This document shows, one piece after another, positions 1 to 8,573 of a stretch of 64,000 nt of DNA. Both the position numbers and the translations under genes were made by a program. Source of the DNA: Candidatus Dojkabacteria bacterium. GTDB lineage: Bacteria; Patescibacteriota; Dojkabacteria; GCA-002793355. The notes under the pieces were generated by a model, which saw only the letters and a program-made list of their open reading frames with translations, had not been told where the DNA came from and did no database searches. The DNA lies in contig CP129477.1 in NCBI GenBank assembly GCA_030583825.1, positions 318,308-382,307 of the forward strand, in the 5' to 3' direction. How positions within the stretch are numbered: the stretch's first letter is position 1; the number at the start of each line of letters is the position of its first letter.

Positions 1-45
1 TGCATTGTCGTACCCGTTTTAGCGTTTATTTTCTGGGCGGGGGTT

Positions 46-324
46 ATGTACCTTACCAAAGCACGCTACCGTGAGTACGCATTATTTCTACTGAAAGAGT
101 GGCAAAAAGCTGCGCTTGCAGGAGACCAGATAAAATGCAACGAAATAGAGCAAAAGTTAATGCACGCGCTTCCCGCAGAGGTCAGATCATTTCAGTTTGG
201 AGAAGACGCGCAAAAACATACGCGCCAATTTGCGCTGGAAGAGACATCTCTCGATTTCACCTCATGGCAAAAGCTCTATAATTTCATAGAAAGGACGAAA
301 CCGGAAGATTTCCGCCTACCCTGA
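46..324 (+). CDS. hypothetical protein, possibly 5'-truncated (reading frame is open from nt 1 and the upstream translation looks like a TM helix)
   Basis: ORF track; frame has no stop from position 1; hairpin terminator downstream. Confidence 0.4.
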   Translation: MYLTKARYREYALFLLKEWQKAALAGDQIKCNEIEQKLMHALPAEVRSFQFGEDAQKHTRQFALEETSLDFTSWQKLYNFIERTKPEDFRLP

Positions 325-344
325 AGGTCTTTTCGTTCTTTCGA

Positions 345-397
345 CTGCATTATGCACCTCATATTACCCCTCGCATAATGCAGTTCTCTACCTTTTT
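345..397 (+). terminator. putative rho-independent terminator (11-bp inverted repeat CTGCATTATGC/GCATAATGCAG followed by a T-run)
   Basis: inverted repeat read directly in sequence. Confidence 0.4.
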
Positions 398-453
398 ATA
401 AAACATCCCATTTCTTCAATAATTTCTATTCATTTCCCTTTATCAAAACGCGA

Positions 454-467
454 CTATAGGGTATAAT
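454..467 (+). promoter_or_regulatory. promoter motif CTATAGGGTATAAT (-10 box TATAAT), followed by a 39-nt leader with an AGGAG Shine-Dalgarno
   Basis: motif seen three times in the window (454, 11279, 63492), each upstream of an SD-led small ORF. Confidence 0.5.
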
Positions 468-506
468 ACAGGAGTATTCTTTTATTCTCACAGGAGCACG
501 TAGAAA

Positions 507-1043
507 ATGTCAGACGGACAAATTATCATTCGTAAACATCGGGCGTTTCTCTGTTTTGGAATTGCTGCCAATAATGCAATAGTTGGATGGCTAGCAAAAA
601 ACATGAATCAGGGTATGCGCCTCGCCGAGCAATTCGTAAAGCGAGAATATCCGAAGGTGCTTATAAAGCAACTTGCAAATGAAAGCGGCGGATTCACTTA
701 CCGATGGACAGGAAAGCCGATAACGAGAGTTGTTCCGTGGCCCTTGGTAACAGTGATGCCACTTCAGTACCCGCAGGAGTCCACCGTACCTGGAATGCTT
801 TATACCGCAACCGCGCTCGCGCATCTTGACGGAAATGGGTTTCAGGTTCTCGCATTTCGTTCCCCAGAAGACGCAGTTTTGCACGTAGAAACACTTATCA
901 TGCCACTTGGAGGAACAACCACAACAGATCAGGTGAATTTTTACCACTTCTTAAACAACAACGTCGTCGGATTCACCATGCCTGTCTTTGAGATATGGCT
1001 TCAAACCATAGGTACACTCCCCATCAAGCCCATCCTCAACTGA
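507..1043 (+). CDS. hypothetical protein (178 aa)
   Basis: ORF with an SD (caggag) 10 nt upstream and a terminator hairpin downstream; no recognisable motif. Confidence 0.5.
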   Translation: MSDGQIIIRKHRAFLCFGIAANNAIVGWLAKNMNQGMRLAEQFVKREYPKVLIKQLANESGGFTYRWTGKPITRVVPWPLVTVMPLQYPQESTVPGMLYTATALAHLDGNGFQVLAFRSPEDAVLHVETLIMPLGGTTTTDQVNFYHFLNNNVVGFTMPVFEIWLQTIGTLPIKPILN

Positions 1044-1062
1044 CTTCCCCACGCTCCACGCC

Positions 1063-1110
1063 GAACCCGGGCACAATTTTTACACAGTACCCGGGTTCTC
1101 CTCACTTTTT
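1063..1110 (+). terminator. putative terminator (GAACCCGGG ... CCCGGGTTC stem followed by a T-run)
   Basis: 9-bp perfect inverted repeat followed by CTCACTTTTT. Confidence 0.4.
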
Positions 1111-1145
1111 ACAAAAGTGCCGTGAAAATCACCATTCTCTACAGA

Positions 1146-2978
1146 TTAATACATGATCACAGGAGTGTTTTTCGCTTCTTCCTCCATTTTTGAAAGAATT
1201 GCGCTTATTTGTGCAGTATCTAATGTCCGCATTGTCGGCTTAATTGAATCTGCCGGATCTTTTGAATTCACTGTAAACGTGAATACATACGTTTTTCCTC
1301 TGTATGCAACCACATATGTTTTTATAGATAGCGTTGTTCCTTCAGAGCCAAATCCTCGGTCAGGAGCAGATGGCATTGTTGAATCAGCGCCTACTCCACC
1401 AACGTCCGAATGAGCAATTAATGTTGCCGGAACTTCTGTACCATTTATGCTCAGCGTAGTTGCAGTCTCAGTTCCACTTGAACTATCCCCGCGCTGGCTC
1501 TTAAGATGATCAATTACTTCCCGATCAGAAAGTGAATACACATCAACGTTAAAGGCTGTTACCGTAGTTTCGGTTGTTGCGACAGTTTGCGTTATCAGTG
1601 ACTGGAACTTTTCATTCGACGGACGCTGACTTTGTACCATTGCATCGTACTGTTCCTGTGCTTCTGTTGTCTTTGCATAAAAGTTACGATCATACAGATG
1701 TTTTTCTGAGTCAACGATAATCCGGATACTTCCTGAATATAATCCTTGACTTGAAATGCTCCATGGCCCACTAAAAAGTTGAATACCTTCTTTTTGCAAC
1801 AGATCTCGCATTGCAGCGTTATATTTGCCCTGATAATTATCCTTTGCCTGGTCAACAGTGGTTACTGGAACATTCAGCGTAAATTCGAACTGTGAACCGA
1901 CTTCTGCAACGGTCTGATTTCCCTGATCCACAGCCACTTTTCGTGTATAGAGCATGTTCTGATTTGAGACGCTATTCACATAAAACTGCTCTTCCACAGC
2001 AAGGAATGATTTTGTGTCGAAATATGCAATAATAATTTGTTTCTGTGCCGGCCCCATATCCACTGCGCTAACTTCGGGGTTTCGTGATCGTTTTGCACAG
2101 AAAAACTCTGAGGCATATTCAATTTTATACACTTCTTTTCCTTCACGGGTCTCTTTGCCTATTACTTTTGCATTTTCGCCAAAGTAGTTTTTTATAATTT
2201 CGTTCGGGTCTGTCGGCTGTTGTGGATTCTGTGGCCCTTCAACAGGAAGCGTTTTCATATCATCTGCCACAATGCCAGTTGCCTCATTTCCACCTTCTCG
2301 GGTCAGTGCCAAAATATTCATAGTTAATGGGTTCAATACTTTCACTGCATATGAGCCACCAGCATATGTATAACGCTCTCTTGGACGGTGTAATTCATAG
2401 CTTGTAATTGAACTATTTCGATCTTTGATGATATTTAGCGTGTAATCTGGGAACTGTAGGTCTGCGCTTGAGAATAGCTCGACATGCTCAACCGAAGATA
2501 CCTCCGTCATAAACGGAAATGATGCCGCACATGATGTAGCTTGGCTTCCCCAAGAGTATGTTTCAACAGATTTTCGGTACGTGTACCCACGTGTCTTTGG
2601 ATCAATATAAATCAAACGAGCAGCATCCATTGTTGCAGAAAGCTTTGCTTCAGACTGAGAATCTCTCTGCCGCGCTTCAAGGTTTGCATTCGCAATCTCT
2701 GCAAGAATCGCGTTCATTTCGTTTGCCTGCTGCTTTTGCCAGAGGTACATTCCTCCAGTTACAAAAATTGCAGTCACTGCGAGAAATGCTAATCCCCCGC
2801 CAATAACGAGCTGTTTCTTTGTAGCAGTAAATGCCATAAGGACAGTTGATAATAAATTAGGTTGTTTTCCAGAGCTATGGGTATCCAGGACTTTTTTTTC
2901 TAATGCAAAAACGAATGAATCTCGAGGTTTCCCCGCTTTCTGTAGAAATGTTTTCAATTCTGTATCCTGGTTTTTCAT
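1146..2978 (-). CDS. putative anti-sigma factor / membrane-anchored extracytoplasmic protein (610 aa, single TM near residue 60)
   Basis: lies immediately downstream of an ECF sigma gene in the same orientation; short N-terminal cytoplasmic segment, one TM helix, large extracytoplasmic domain. Confidence 0.5.
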   Translation of the reverse strand: MKNQDTELKTFLQKAGKPRDSFVFALEKKVLDTHSSGKQPNLLSTVLMAFTATKKQLVIGGGLAFLAVTAIFVTGGMYLWQKQQANEMNAILAEIANANLEARQRDSQSEAKLSATMDAARLIYIDPKTRGYTYRKSVETYSWGSQATSCAASFPFMTEVSSVEHVELFSSADLQFPDYTLNIIKDRNSSITSYELHRPRERYTYAGGSYAVKVLNPLTMNILALTREGGNEATGIVADDMKTLPVEGPQNPQQPTDPNEIIKNYFGENAKVIGKETREGKEVYKIEYASEFFCAKRSRNPEVSAVDMGPAQKQIIIAYFDTKSFLAVEEQFYVNSVSNQNMLYTRKVAVDQGNQTVAEVGSQFEFTLNVPVTTVDQAKDNYQGKYNAAMRDLLQKEGIQLFSGPWSISSQGLYSGSIRIIVDSEKHLYDRNFYAKTTEAQEQYDAMVQSQRPSNEKFQSLITQTVATTETTVTAFNVDVYSLSDREVIDHLKSQRGDSSSGTETATTLSINGTEVPATLIAHSDVGGVGADSTMPSAPDRGFGSEGTTLSIKTYVVAYRGKTYVFTFTVNSKDPADSIKPTMRTLDTAQISAILSKMEEEAKNTPVIMY

Positions 2979-2993
2979 AGTCTTCTTACTATA

Positions 2994-3494
2994 TTAGTTT
3001 CTCTTGCTGTACAACAACCGTTTTAATGCCCGAAGTCCGCGCCTTTGTGTTGTACTTACATAGTTTTTATCTTTGCTTAGTTTTGTACAGATTTCTTCGA
3101 TTGTGAGTTTGTCAACAAACCGCAGTGATATTATTTCGCGTTGTTTTGCCGGTATTTTAGGTAATAATTCTTCTAAAACATCAAATATATCTTTTTCATC
3201 AGCGCCACGCTCCACAGTTTCTTCGACCAAAGCTTCAAATTCTTCGTTATCAAGGGGTTCAATTTGTGCTTTATATTTTCCTTTCAAAAATGAAAGAAAT
3301 ACATTTTTTGCAATGCCGTACAAGTATGATTGCGGCGAATTTACTTCCTCTTCTGTGATCTTTTTTGCAAAAGTGAGAAATGTTGTACTTGTTAAATCTT
3401 CGGCAGTTTCGCGATCTAACACTTTATAAAAGAAAAATCGGTATATTTTTTCCACATTGTGCTGATATATTGTTGCAACTTCTTCCTGCCTCAT
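2994..3494 (-). CDS. ECF-type RNA polymerase sigma-70 family factor
   Basis: region 2 and region 4 signatures (…QREIISLRFVDKLTIEEICTKLS…TTQRRGLRALKRLL); 166 aa. Confidence 0.8.
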   Translation of the reverse strand: MRQEEVATIYQHNVEKIYRFFFYKVLDRETAEDLTSTTFLTFAKKITEEEVNSPQSYLYGIAKNVFLSFLKGKYKAQIEPLDNEEFEALVEETVERGADEKDIFDVLEELLPKIPAKQREIISLRFVDKLTIEEICTKLSKDKNYVSTTQRRGLRALKRLLYSKRN

Positions 3495-4549
3495 TTCTTC
3501 TGTGGTTTTTTAGGTATTTCCTTGACGGTATCTCTGAATTGAAAGCTTGGTATAAACGAAACGCCCAGTAACAGTACCATAAGTGCAGCATATGCAAGCA
3601 AATAAAACTGAGTGCGTTCAAAGATTGACTTCCCTGCGCTAAGGATAATACTCGTCACATACGGAATAAATGAAGCCATTTGCGGCGGGAATTTCGCTGT
3701 GATAAATGGCATTGCTACTGTTTCAATCCAATCTCTACCGAAAAATATCACACCATACGAAATAATGAGAAAGGCAAGCATAGAAATACTCACAAATCGC
3801 AATGTTTTCACTTTTCTTGTAGGAAAAATCATGACAATTGCAAGTATTCCGAGCACTGTGAGCAGAAATATTCCTAACGGAAGAAAAGTTAATACTCTGT
3901 AAGTCGTTTGTACATTTCGGGAAAGTTGAGGATCAACTTCGAGCACATCTGAGTTAAACGTCGAGCGAGTGAGTAGTTGCTGGAATTCCGGCCTTTCTTT
4001 ATTCTCAAGCAAATAAGTCTTTACATAGTCTTTTGTTACTCCCGGCGGGCGACACTGGATAGAAAAAGGCGTACTTTCTTGCTGTAATTCTGCCGGAGAA
4101 CATGGAGGAAGATTTAAAAGTCGCTCAGTAAACAAAATGGAAAAAAGGTCTACAACTTCTTCTTCGTCGCCGGCAAGAGCGATAGAAAATTGCGGTTTCG
4201 ACGTTTTTCCATCTATCCAATCGTATGTTGCAATAATTATAGTTTCTGCAGATTCCTGCACAAAAGACGGCGTTAGTTTTGAAGATAGTAGCAAGGAAAG
4301 ATCATCATTTTTGTTTTGTAATCTTGCCGAAAGTTCGGCAAATCCAGGAGATTCTTTTCCTTGTGCAGCAACAGCCTCACGAATGAGAGGATCCACGTTT
4401 ACATATATTTCTGAGTCCCGAACCCATTGCATCACAATTCCTCGGTCAGTAACGACAGTTGTCGTTCCAAGCATGGTAATGCCCGGAATAATGATGAGAA
4501 GAAAAATGATACAAAGCAGTGTTCCCAATATCCATCGCAGCACATTCAT
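3491..4549 (-). CDS. hypothetical polytopic membrane protein (352 aa), co-transcribed with the ECF sigma gene (4-nt overlap)
   Basis: N-terminal TM helix, 3-4 C-terminal TM helices, ATGA overlap with the downstream gene. Confidence 0.55.
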   Translation of the reverse strand: MNVLRWILGTLLCIIFLLIIIPGITMLGTTTVVTDRGIVMQWVRDSEIYVNVDPLIREAVAAQGKESPGFAELSARLQNKNDDLSLLLSSKLTPSFVQESAETIIIATYDWIDGKTSKPQFSIALAGDEEEVVDLFSILFTERLLNLPPCSPAELQQESTPFSIQCRPPGVTKDYVKTYLLENKERPEFQQLLTRSTFNSDVLEVDPQLSRNVQTTYRVLTFLPLGIFLLTVLGILAIVMIFPTRKVKTLRFVSISMLAFLIISYGVIFFGRDWIETVAMPFITAKFPPQMASFIPYVTSIILSAGKSIFERTQFYLLAYAALMVLLLGVSFIPSFQFRDTVKEIPKKPQKK

Positions 4550-4579
4550 AATTCATTCTCGCGCATGAATTGTGAGACG

Positions 4580-5704
4580 TCAACTTGGAAAGATAAGTTT
4601 TTCTAAACGCTGTTGCTCAGAATCAAACGATGATTGCTCTCTTTTCGAAAGCTTTTTTATATCAATATTTTTAATTGTCAGCTTTTTGTCAGGAGTTTTC
4701 TGAAATTCAACTTGCCCAACGAGCTTTCCACTCGCTAACACGGGCATTCCGTAGTATCCAAACTTACGTTTTGCTGCAGGGACATATGCTTCCCATAAGT
4801 AAGAAAAATCAAAAATGTCGGAAATAAGGCGCCGATCAATAACAAATGGATCCAGAGGAGGAAGAAAGGTTACTGCATGCGCGTCGGCATGGGCATTATC
4901 TTTCGCTCCACGAAGCAAGGGGACATCCTCTTTCAACACATAGTACGGAGATTTGACCCCCTCAATTTTCACTCTCACAATTTGCCCTTTTTCCAAAAAC
5001 TGTTTAAAAATATCTTTTAGTGGCATTCTGCGCGAATACCCTGCTCTGTGCACAACGACACTTCGAACTAATCCAAGGTATTTAAAGTTAGCAAGTACTG
5101 TCCATTCAAGAGATTTTTGAGTATTGACAGAACTTTGTAAGAAATCTGCCGGAAGGATGCGCGATGTCAGATCAAAATACTTTCTTAATCCCTCACGATG
5201 TGCAATCATAATCTCGCCTTTGTCCCATAAATACTCTAACAGCGCAGTTTTTGAACCCGAAGAACTCCATGAAAATAGGCTACTTGTGCTTGTCAGGTGA
5301 GATAATTCTTTCGATGAAGTCGGCCCATGCTCAGTAATATACTCAAGCGCAGCTTGGATACTTTTTCGATTATCATTTTCAAATTTTTCGTGCCAACGTT
5401 CACTTCCCGATCGTCTTGCCGATACGTGATGATAAAAATCTAGTGGTAAAATCGAGTAAAGCTGAAGCCAATACTCAAACATTGTGCGTTCTTTGTACAG
5501 CGCGTTAGATAAATCCTGCAACGAAAAGTCTTTAACTCTGTTAAATAATGCCAATTCGTGGCTTTTTGCGACAACTGAAATAGGATCAACCTGAATACAG
5601 GAATATGCTGTAACAACGGTTGACAGATCACTTTTCTCAACAAAGAACGAACGATTCAGTAGAAAGTTCTGCGCTTGCTGTTTTGTCACTGAAATTTCCG
5701 TCAT
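4580..5704 (-). CDS. YcaQ/AlkZ-like winged-helix protein (DUF1006; putative DNA crosslink-repair glycosylase family)
   Basis: N-terminal region matches the DUF1006 pattern (…CIQVDPISVVAKSHELALFNRV…ERTMFEYW…); 374 aa. Confidence 0.5.
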   Translation of the reverse strand: MTEISVTKQQAQNFLLNRSFFVEKSDLSTVVTAYSCIQVDPISVVAKSHELALFNRVKDFSLQDLSNALYKERTMFEYWLQLYSILPLDFYHHVSARRSGSERWHEKFENDNRKSIQAALEYITEHGPTSSKELSHLTSTSSLFSWSSSGSKTALLEYLWDKGEIMIAHREGLRKYFDLTSRILPADFLQSSVNTQKSLEWTVLANFKYLGLVRSVVVHRAGYSRRMPLKDIFKQFLEKGQIVRVKIEGVKSPYYVLKEDVPLLRGAKDNAHADAHAVTFLPPLDPFVIDRRLISDIFDFSYLWEAYVPAAKRKFGYYGMPVLASGKLVGQVEFQKTPDKKLTIKNIDIKKLSKREQSSFDSEQQRLEKLIFPS

Positions 5705-5751
5705 AGAAAATGATACTGCAGTATAGGACTGCGTCTCAAGTAAAAATACTT

Positions 5752-6501
5752 TTAGTGCCCTTCAGATAGCGAAAATGCCCACAGCAAGACAACACCGACA
5801 ATAACGAGTGCAACATTTACAAAAAACTGTGGGAGCTTTGTTTTTGAACGAAGCTCCGGCATCAAGTCGCTAAGCGCAATATATAAAAAGCTTCCTGCAG
5901 CAACAGGCAAAAGATACGCTTCAAACAATTCTGACGACGATGCAAAATACCATCCTGCTAATGCTCCTGCAACTGCCGTGAGTGCAGAAAGAAAGTTAAA
6001 TAACAATGCTTTGGAACGCTTAAACCCTGCATGGATAAGTAAACTAAAATCTGCAAACTCCTGAGGAATCTCGTGCGCCGCAAGCGAAATTGACGTCGCA
6101 ACACCAGCAACTGGACTGACGATAAATGCAGACGCAATAATTAATCCATCAATAAAGTTGTGAATTGCATCACCAATAAGTGACAAATATCCCACCGGAG
6201 CATGGTCATGCTTATGATCTTCTTCATCCTGACAGTGATGCCAGTGCAGTAGTTTTTCCAAAACAAAGTAGAAAATGACTGTAATGAGCATAATTGCGGC
6301 AAATTTCTCTGGCTCAAGAAGTTCTACACCTTCAGGAAGTAGGTGAAAAAACGTATTTCCAAGCATCGCACCCGACGCAAACGCAATCATTGGCTTAAGA
6401 AGCTTATGCGTTTGTTTATTACCTAGTGCAAGCAAAAATACTCCGGCAAATGACAGCGCACTAACAGCAAGCGATGCAATAATGATGTAAAGTAATGTCA
6501 T
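5752..6501 (-). CDS. zupT: ZIP family metal (zinc) transporter ZupT-like; start moved to the internal Met (MTLLYIII…) that sits 7 nt downstream of a GGGTATAAT -10 box
   Basis: HNFIDGLIIASAF ZIP signature and His-rich loop HHCQDEEDHKHDH; the longer ORF (to 6678) would overlap the divergent gene at 6622. Confidence 0.8.
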   Translation of the reverse strand: MTLLYIIIASLAVSALSFAGVFLLALGNKQTHKLLKPMIAFASGAMLGNTFFHLLPEGVELLEPEKFAAIMLITVIFYFVLEKLLHWHHCQDEEDHKHDHAPVGYLSLIGDAIHNFIDGLIIASAFIVSPVAGVATSISLAAHEIPQEFADFSLLIHAGFKRSKALLFNFLSALTAVAGALAGWYFASSSELFEAYLLPVAAGSFLYIALSDLMPELRSKTKLPQFFVNVALVIVGVVLLWAFSLSEGH

Positions 6502-6621
6502 CTGAGAATTATACCCCAACATTGTGGATTTTACTATTACCATGAACTTCAGGCTGCACATGGTAAAGTAAGTGCAAAAGCAGTATTTATATCTTATAGT
6601 ATTTGTGCTATAATAGTAATT

Positions 6622-7188
6622 ATGCAGGAAATCGAAGTAAAAATCCTCAACATTGATGTAGAAGCCACCCTTTTGCAACTTCAGCAGCTTGGAGCCACAT
6701 TTGTCGAAGAAAAAAATCTTTCTGCGATTCTCATTGACACTCCCCGACGCGACTTATCAAAAAGAAACGGATCTCTCCGCCTCCGCCAGGAAAATGACAC
6801 CTGTTACTTGACGTTCAAAGCTTTCGGAGGAAAGCAGCAGTTCAAAAACTTGAAAGAAACAGAAATTATTGTTTCAGACTTTCAGCAAACAAAAAATCTT
6901 CTCGCAGCGATCGGCTATTCCAATATTTACCGTTCTTACCAGAAAAAGCGTTTTGAATTTACGCTGGGTAATGCCACAATTTGTATTGATAAGTATATTA
7001 ACGATCTATCGCATATTCCTGTATTTATGGAGATCGAGACACATAGCGAGGCAGACATGGTGACCGCGCTACAAACATTGGGTATTGAGAAATCTCAAGC
7101 AAAACACTACTCACTGAGTGATCTTTTAAGGATGTATAAACCGGTGCCGAAGCCTATAGAGGAAATGGAGCCGTATTCTGATTACTAA
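6622..7188 (+). CDS. CYTH-domain protein (class IV adenylate cyclase / triphosphatase fold)
   Basis: N-terminal EIEVK motif, R-x-R and C-terminal ExE (FMEIE) motifs; leaderless (TATAAT + 7 nt + ATG). Confidence 0.65.
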   Translation: MQEIEVKILNIDVEATLLQLQQLGATFVEEKNLSAILIDTPRRDLSKRNGSLRLRQENDTCYLTFKAFGGKQQFKNLKETEIIVSDFQQTKNLLAAIGYSNIYRSYQKKRFEFTLGNATICIDKYINDLSHIPVFMEIETHSEADMVTALQTLGIEKSQAKHYSLSDLLRMYKPVPKPIEEMEPYSDY

Positions 7189-7195
7189 CGTCATT

Positions 7196-7432
7196 CATCT
7201 TCAAAAAAGGAAGTACTCGGTTGCTTAACGCTCACAAGTTCGCTACAACCTGCGTGCCTTTTCCTCAGATTCATTCCGTTTTAAGTAGTGATTTCTATCC
7301 GCTTTTACTATCAAACGTAGAATTCACCGCCTCATCTTCGCTCCGCGTCAAACGTATAACAGCCTTTTCTTCAGATTCACTCCGTTTTAGTCTGAGACGC
7401 TTATTCACACTCACTCCGTTTTAGGACACCTT
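7196..7432. repeat. intergenic repeat element, copy R1 (roughly 75-nt conserved core plus degenerate CTC(A/G)CTCCGT sub-repeats)
   Basis: 7203-7280 is the near-exact reverse complement of 34990-35065; related copies at 27350, 38300, 49550 and 54975. Confidence 0.8.
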
Positions 7433-8089
7433 TTTATCCTTGGATTGTTTTTCCAGATCGAGACGCAGGGAGTAAATTGCAGGAATAATAATTATTGCAA
7501 ATATTGCGCTGAAGAATATGACGAGGCGCAACATCATCGGCAGAAATATGCTCAAAAATGTGACAATACCCGCAATGACAATAACTTTTCCGCCAAAACG
7601 ATGAGTTTTGTTCCAATTTTCTTCATCTGCAAGTGTCCATGGCAAGCGAATTCCTACAAAGTAATTTTGTGGAAACTTTCCCATCATATTTCCCAAGAAA
7701 ATCAGAAGCAATGACACTCCTGCCGTAATCAAATCGCCCACATTTAGGGCAACTCCAAGAGACGCAGCATATACCACACCGATAACGCCGGAAATCACGA
7801 GAAGAAGGCACAAGCGCAACATTCGGTAACTATCCAAGAACATAGCATAACTCTTTCTTTTTGGGTCGAAAAATGGGATAAAAAGCAGCAAAAAGTACAT
7901 TCCTACAGCAAGGCCGCTGAGCATTAGTACATTCTGTAATCGTGGCATATATCCATCAACTTCGCCGGCAACATTCCAATGACTAGGCATAATTTCGGGG
8001 AATTTGGGATACAACACAACGCTTGCGATAATAACTGCCGCAACAAGTAGTAAATGCGGCCATTCTTTTTTCCAGTCTACTTTGTACAT
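7421..8089 (-). CDS. SdpI/YhfL-like immunity-type membrane protein (DUF1648 N-terminus)
   Basis: N-terminal IMPSHWNVAGEVDGY motif (DUF1648-like), multiple TM helices, downstream of an ArsR-family regulator as in sdpR-sdpI. Confidence 0.6.
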   Translation of the reverse strand: MYKVDWKKEWPHLLLVAAVIIASVVLYPKFPEIMPSHWNVAGEVDGYMPRLQNVLMLSGLAVGMYFLLLFIPFFDPKRKSYAMFLDSYRMLRLCLLLVISGVIGVVYAASLGVALNVGDLITAGVSLLLIFLGNMMGKFPQNYFVGIRLPWTLADEENWNKTHRFGGKVIVIAGIVTFLSIFLPMMLRLVIFFSAIFAIIIIPAIYSLRLDLEKQSKDKKVS

Positions 8090-8135
8090 AGCTCTCTCTG
8101 TAAAAATTTAGCTTGATTGATCATTTTTAGACACT

Positions 8136-8561
8136 CTAACCATCAGTCGTAGGTTCAGGATTATTAATCGTTATTTCCGTAACTTGGACGGTGATAGGAG
8201 CTTGCCCTTCGCGGTCTGAATCGGCTTCAAGACTTGTTTCCATCTCGATACCGCGGAGCTTTTCTACTCGTGCTTCACGATTTCCACTGCTTCCCTTTTT
8301 CCCAAACATATCGAACATAACTTCGGCAACTTCTTCAAAGACACTTTGGTTCAACGAATAAATAATATGCTGCTTATCCCGTTGTGTCCTGACCAATTCC
8401 GCAACCCGCAACGTTTGCAAATGATGGGTTAATGTTGGCTTTGTGATATCAAAATGGATAATCATATCGCCCGGAGTCATATCGTTTTCTTTGAGCATTT
8501 TAAGGATTTTGCGACGAATGGGATCTGAGAGTGCTGTGAATACATCTTTTATTTTTGCCAT
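8136..8561 (-). CDS. ArsR/SmtB-family transcriptional regulator (SdpR-like)
   Basis: winged HTH (DPIRRKILKML…LTHHLQTLRVAELV); a palindromic operator overlaps its promoter. Confidence 0.8.
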   Translation of the reverse strand: MAKIKDVFTALSDPIRRKILKMLKENDMTPGDMIIHFDITKPTLTHHLQTLRVAELVRTQRDKQHIIYSLNQSVFEEVAEVMFDMFGKKGSSGNREARVEKLRGIEMETSLEADSDREGQAPITVQVTEITINNPEPTTDG

Positions 8562-8573
8562 GTTTCCGTATTT

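Noticed and set aside
5752-6678. The long 308-aa version of the ZIP transporter ORF, starting at 6678
   Set aside because: The extra 59 N-terminal residues are Cys/Tyr/Phe-rich and non-homologous, and they overlap the divergent CYTH gene. An internal Met preceded by GGGTATAAT (leaderless) gives a canonical ZupT of about 250 aa.
7268-7422. Three near-identical units (AGATTCA(T/C)TCCGTTTTAG), which raised the possibility of a CRISPR array
   Set aside because: The spacing is irregular (about 104 nt and about 33 nt), the units are degenerate and embedded in the larger dispersed repeat, and there is no leader or cas gene.
7221-7424. ORFs 7221..7424 (+), 34914..35111 (+) and 34947..35129 (-), which encode similar peptides (AHKFATTCVPF)
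   Set aside because: They lie entirely within copies of the intergenic repeat family. Their similarity comes from the nucleotide repeat and not from a conserved protein, and they have no RBS or promoter context.
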